Shown here: piece after piece, positions 62,769 to 64,000 of the stretch
How positions within the stretch are numbered: position 1 is the first letter of the stretch
Layout: the number at the start of each line of letters is the position of its first letter
From: Hyphomicrobiales bacterium
GTDB lineage: Bacteria > Pseudomonadota > Alphaproteobacteria > Rhizobiales > Aestuariivirgaceae
NCBI GenBank assembly: GCA_031430795.1
Contig: JANPCE010000057.1
Span: forward strand, 22,643-86,642
Direction: 5' to 3'
Length of the DNA: 64,000 nucleotides
The notes under the pieces: generated by a model
Databases searched by the model: none
Told to the model about the DNA's origin: nothing
What the model saw: only the letters and a program-made list of their open reading frames with translations
Program-made: the position numbers and the translations under genes

Positions 62769-63926
62769 CTATGATCCTGCGCTGACCAATCTCGCCAGAG
62801 GATTGGACACAATCATCGACACAAGCTCCGATTGTTTGTTGCATCCGGTTTTCAGAAACACTGACTGCAATTGGCTTTTTGCGGTGTTGGGAGAAATCCC
62901 GATGCTTTGGGCGGCGTCAACCATGCTGCGGCCTTCGACGAGTTGAGCCACCAGTTTGGCTTCCGCTGGCGTAAAATCAAACAGCGCTGCAATGTCCCCG
63001 GCGGTCGGTTTCAGCTTCGCATCGGGATCCGAGAACAGGATAGCCACGGCGGATTGTTCTGTTCCCAAACCCAATCCAGTGGACATGAAGGGAATGATGC
63101 TGACCGCAAGCGGGCGTTCAATCGGATCAAGCAAGGCAATGACGCCGCCGGGGATCAGCGGGTCACTCGTATCAAGGCTCGCGGCTTTACCGACACGCTG
63201 CTCAAAAGCCGGTTGCAGAGCCGGGTAAATTGGTCTGACCCGGCCATTTGAATAGGTCAGCCACCGTGATGATCGCAGCAGTTTGTCGGCCAGTCCGTTG
63301 ACATGCAGTGGCCTGCAGGTTTTATCGACAAGAATAAACCCGACGTTCAATTTACTGAGCAATTCAAAGGTCTGGGCTTCACGGCCGACAAGGGTTCCGA
63401 TCTGGTCGGCAAGCTGGCACGCCCGCACCAGATGTTGCAGCAATATCGAAAACACACGTTTGTCTTCTTCACTGAATCCGTCGGAGCCGAAGGATTTGTG
63501 CAGTCCAACCGCCACCGCAAGATTGCCGCGCACGGGCGCTGTTCCACCCAGAAAATGATAGATGCCGACACGCTTGCACCAATCTGCCCGAAATTCGGTT
63601 TTCTCGAATTCCCCTGTCTCGATCAGTTCACCGCCATGACGCACAAACAATCCATTTTTGTTTTTGGCGTTTTGATACCAGGGATTTTGATTGTGGTAGT
63701 GCAAGCGATAATCACTGCGCGCCTTCGGATCAAAATTGGCGCTGGTGCCAAGCAGTTTGATGAGATCACCACTGCGGTGGTCCGACACAAAAAGCAAAGC
63801 GCTGCCGATATCCATGGCCTTTTGCACAACGTCCACCACAGCAGCCAATTTATCCGGGTCAGCGGCAGCTTCGTAAATCTGCCCCACCACGTCCAAAAGT
63901 TTTTCTTCTGTCCATTGCTGTGACAT
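62769..63926 (-). CDS. LuxR-family transcriptional regulator with an N-terminal sensory (PAS/GAF-like) region.
   Basis: C-terminal HTH FTPAEAKLVAQLVEGRSMVDAAQSIGISPNTAKSQLQSVFLKTGCNKQSELV. Confidence 0.85.
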   Translation of the reverse strand: MSQQWTEEKLLDVVGQIYEAAADPDKLAAVVDVVQKAMDIGSALLFVSDHRSGDLIKLLGTSANFDPKARSDYRLHYHNQNPWYQNAKNKNGLFVRHGGELIETGEFEKTEFRADWCKRVGIYHFLGGTAPVRGNLAVAVGLHKSFGSDGFSEEDKRVFSILLQHLVRACQLADQIGTLVGREAQTFELLSKLNVGFILVDKTCRPLHVNGLADKLLRSSRWLTYSNGRVRPIYPALQPAFEQRVGKAASLDTSDPLIPGGVIALLDPIERPLAVSIIPFMSTGLGLGTEQSAVAILFSDPDAKLKPTAGDIAALFDFTPAEAKLVAQLVEGRSMVDAAQSIGISPNTAKSQLQSVFLKTGCNKQSELVSMIVSNPLARLVSAGS

Positions 63927-64000
63927 GTCCGGGAGATTTCAGCACATTCGCCTGTGTCCGGTCAAACATCACCCGTTCGGGTGAAACACAACTTCGCGTT

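Overview
This looks like a chromosomal segment from a fairly GC-rich alphaproteobacterium. That assignment is an inference from the dnaK-dnaJ, hrcA-grpE and divergent rph-rdgB synteny and from the protein sequences. The window has three parts. (1) 1-24 kb is a housekeeping backbone: dnaKJ, grpE, hrcA, rph, rdgB, nth, pckA, alkB, an adenosine kinase and an AraC-Ogt fusion. Accessory modules are scattered through it: ParDE and VapBC toxin-antitoxin pairs on either side of dnaKJ, a four-gene ECF-sigma module whose three promoters share one motif, an AT-rich type II restriction-modification island (C5 methyltransferase plus a NotI-like endonuclease), several GC-rich palindromic repeat families, and a sugar-acid pair (aldo-keto reductase and a UxaA-family dehydratase) separated by a perfect 20-bp palindrome. 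(2) 24-54 kb is a roughly 30-kb Wzx/Wzy-type glycan locus. It carries three sulfotransferases, four methyltransferases, three DegT aminotransferases, a CapE/FnlA-type 6-deoxy-L-hexosamine cassette, an AT-rich sub-block that looks inserted, and the most unusual feature in the window. That feature is a tightly coupled cassette of an MBOAT, an SGNH/DltD-like protein, a methyltransferase, a carrier protein, a MaoC dehydratase and an FkbH-like enzyme. It reads like a Dlt-style trans-membrane acylation system loaded with a glycerate-derived acyl group. (3) 54-64 kb holds three large RTX-repeat proteins (one with a head of unknown function, one with a serralysin-type metalloprotease head, one with a CSLREA-like beta-helix and glycine-rich head). 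They share a C-terminal cassette of about 250 aa ending in DFV, and no type I secretion genes are visible. They are followed by an IS3 transposase remnant, a DsbA/HCCA-isomerase-like gene and a LuxR-type regulator. I saw no rRNA, tRNA or CRISPR array. Family assignments come from motif recognition by eye and no database search was possible. The ORF track allows GTG and TTG starts, so several starts were moved to ATG codons with a Shine-Dalgarno sequence.
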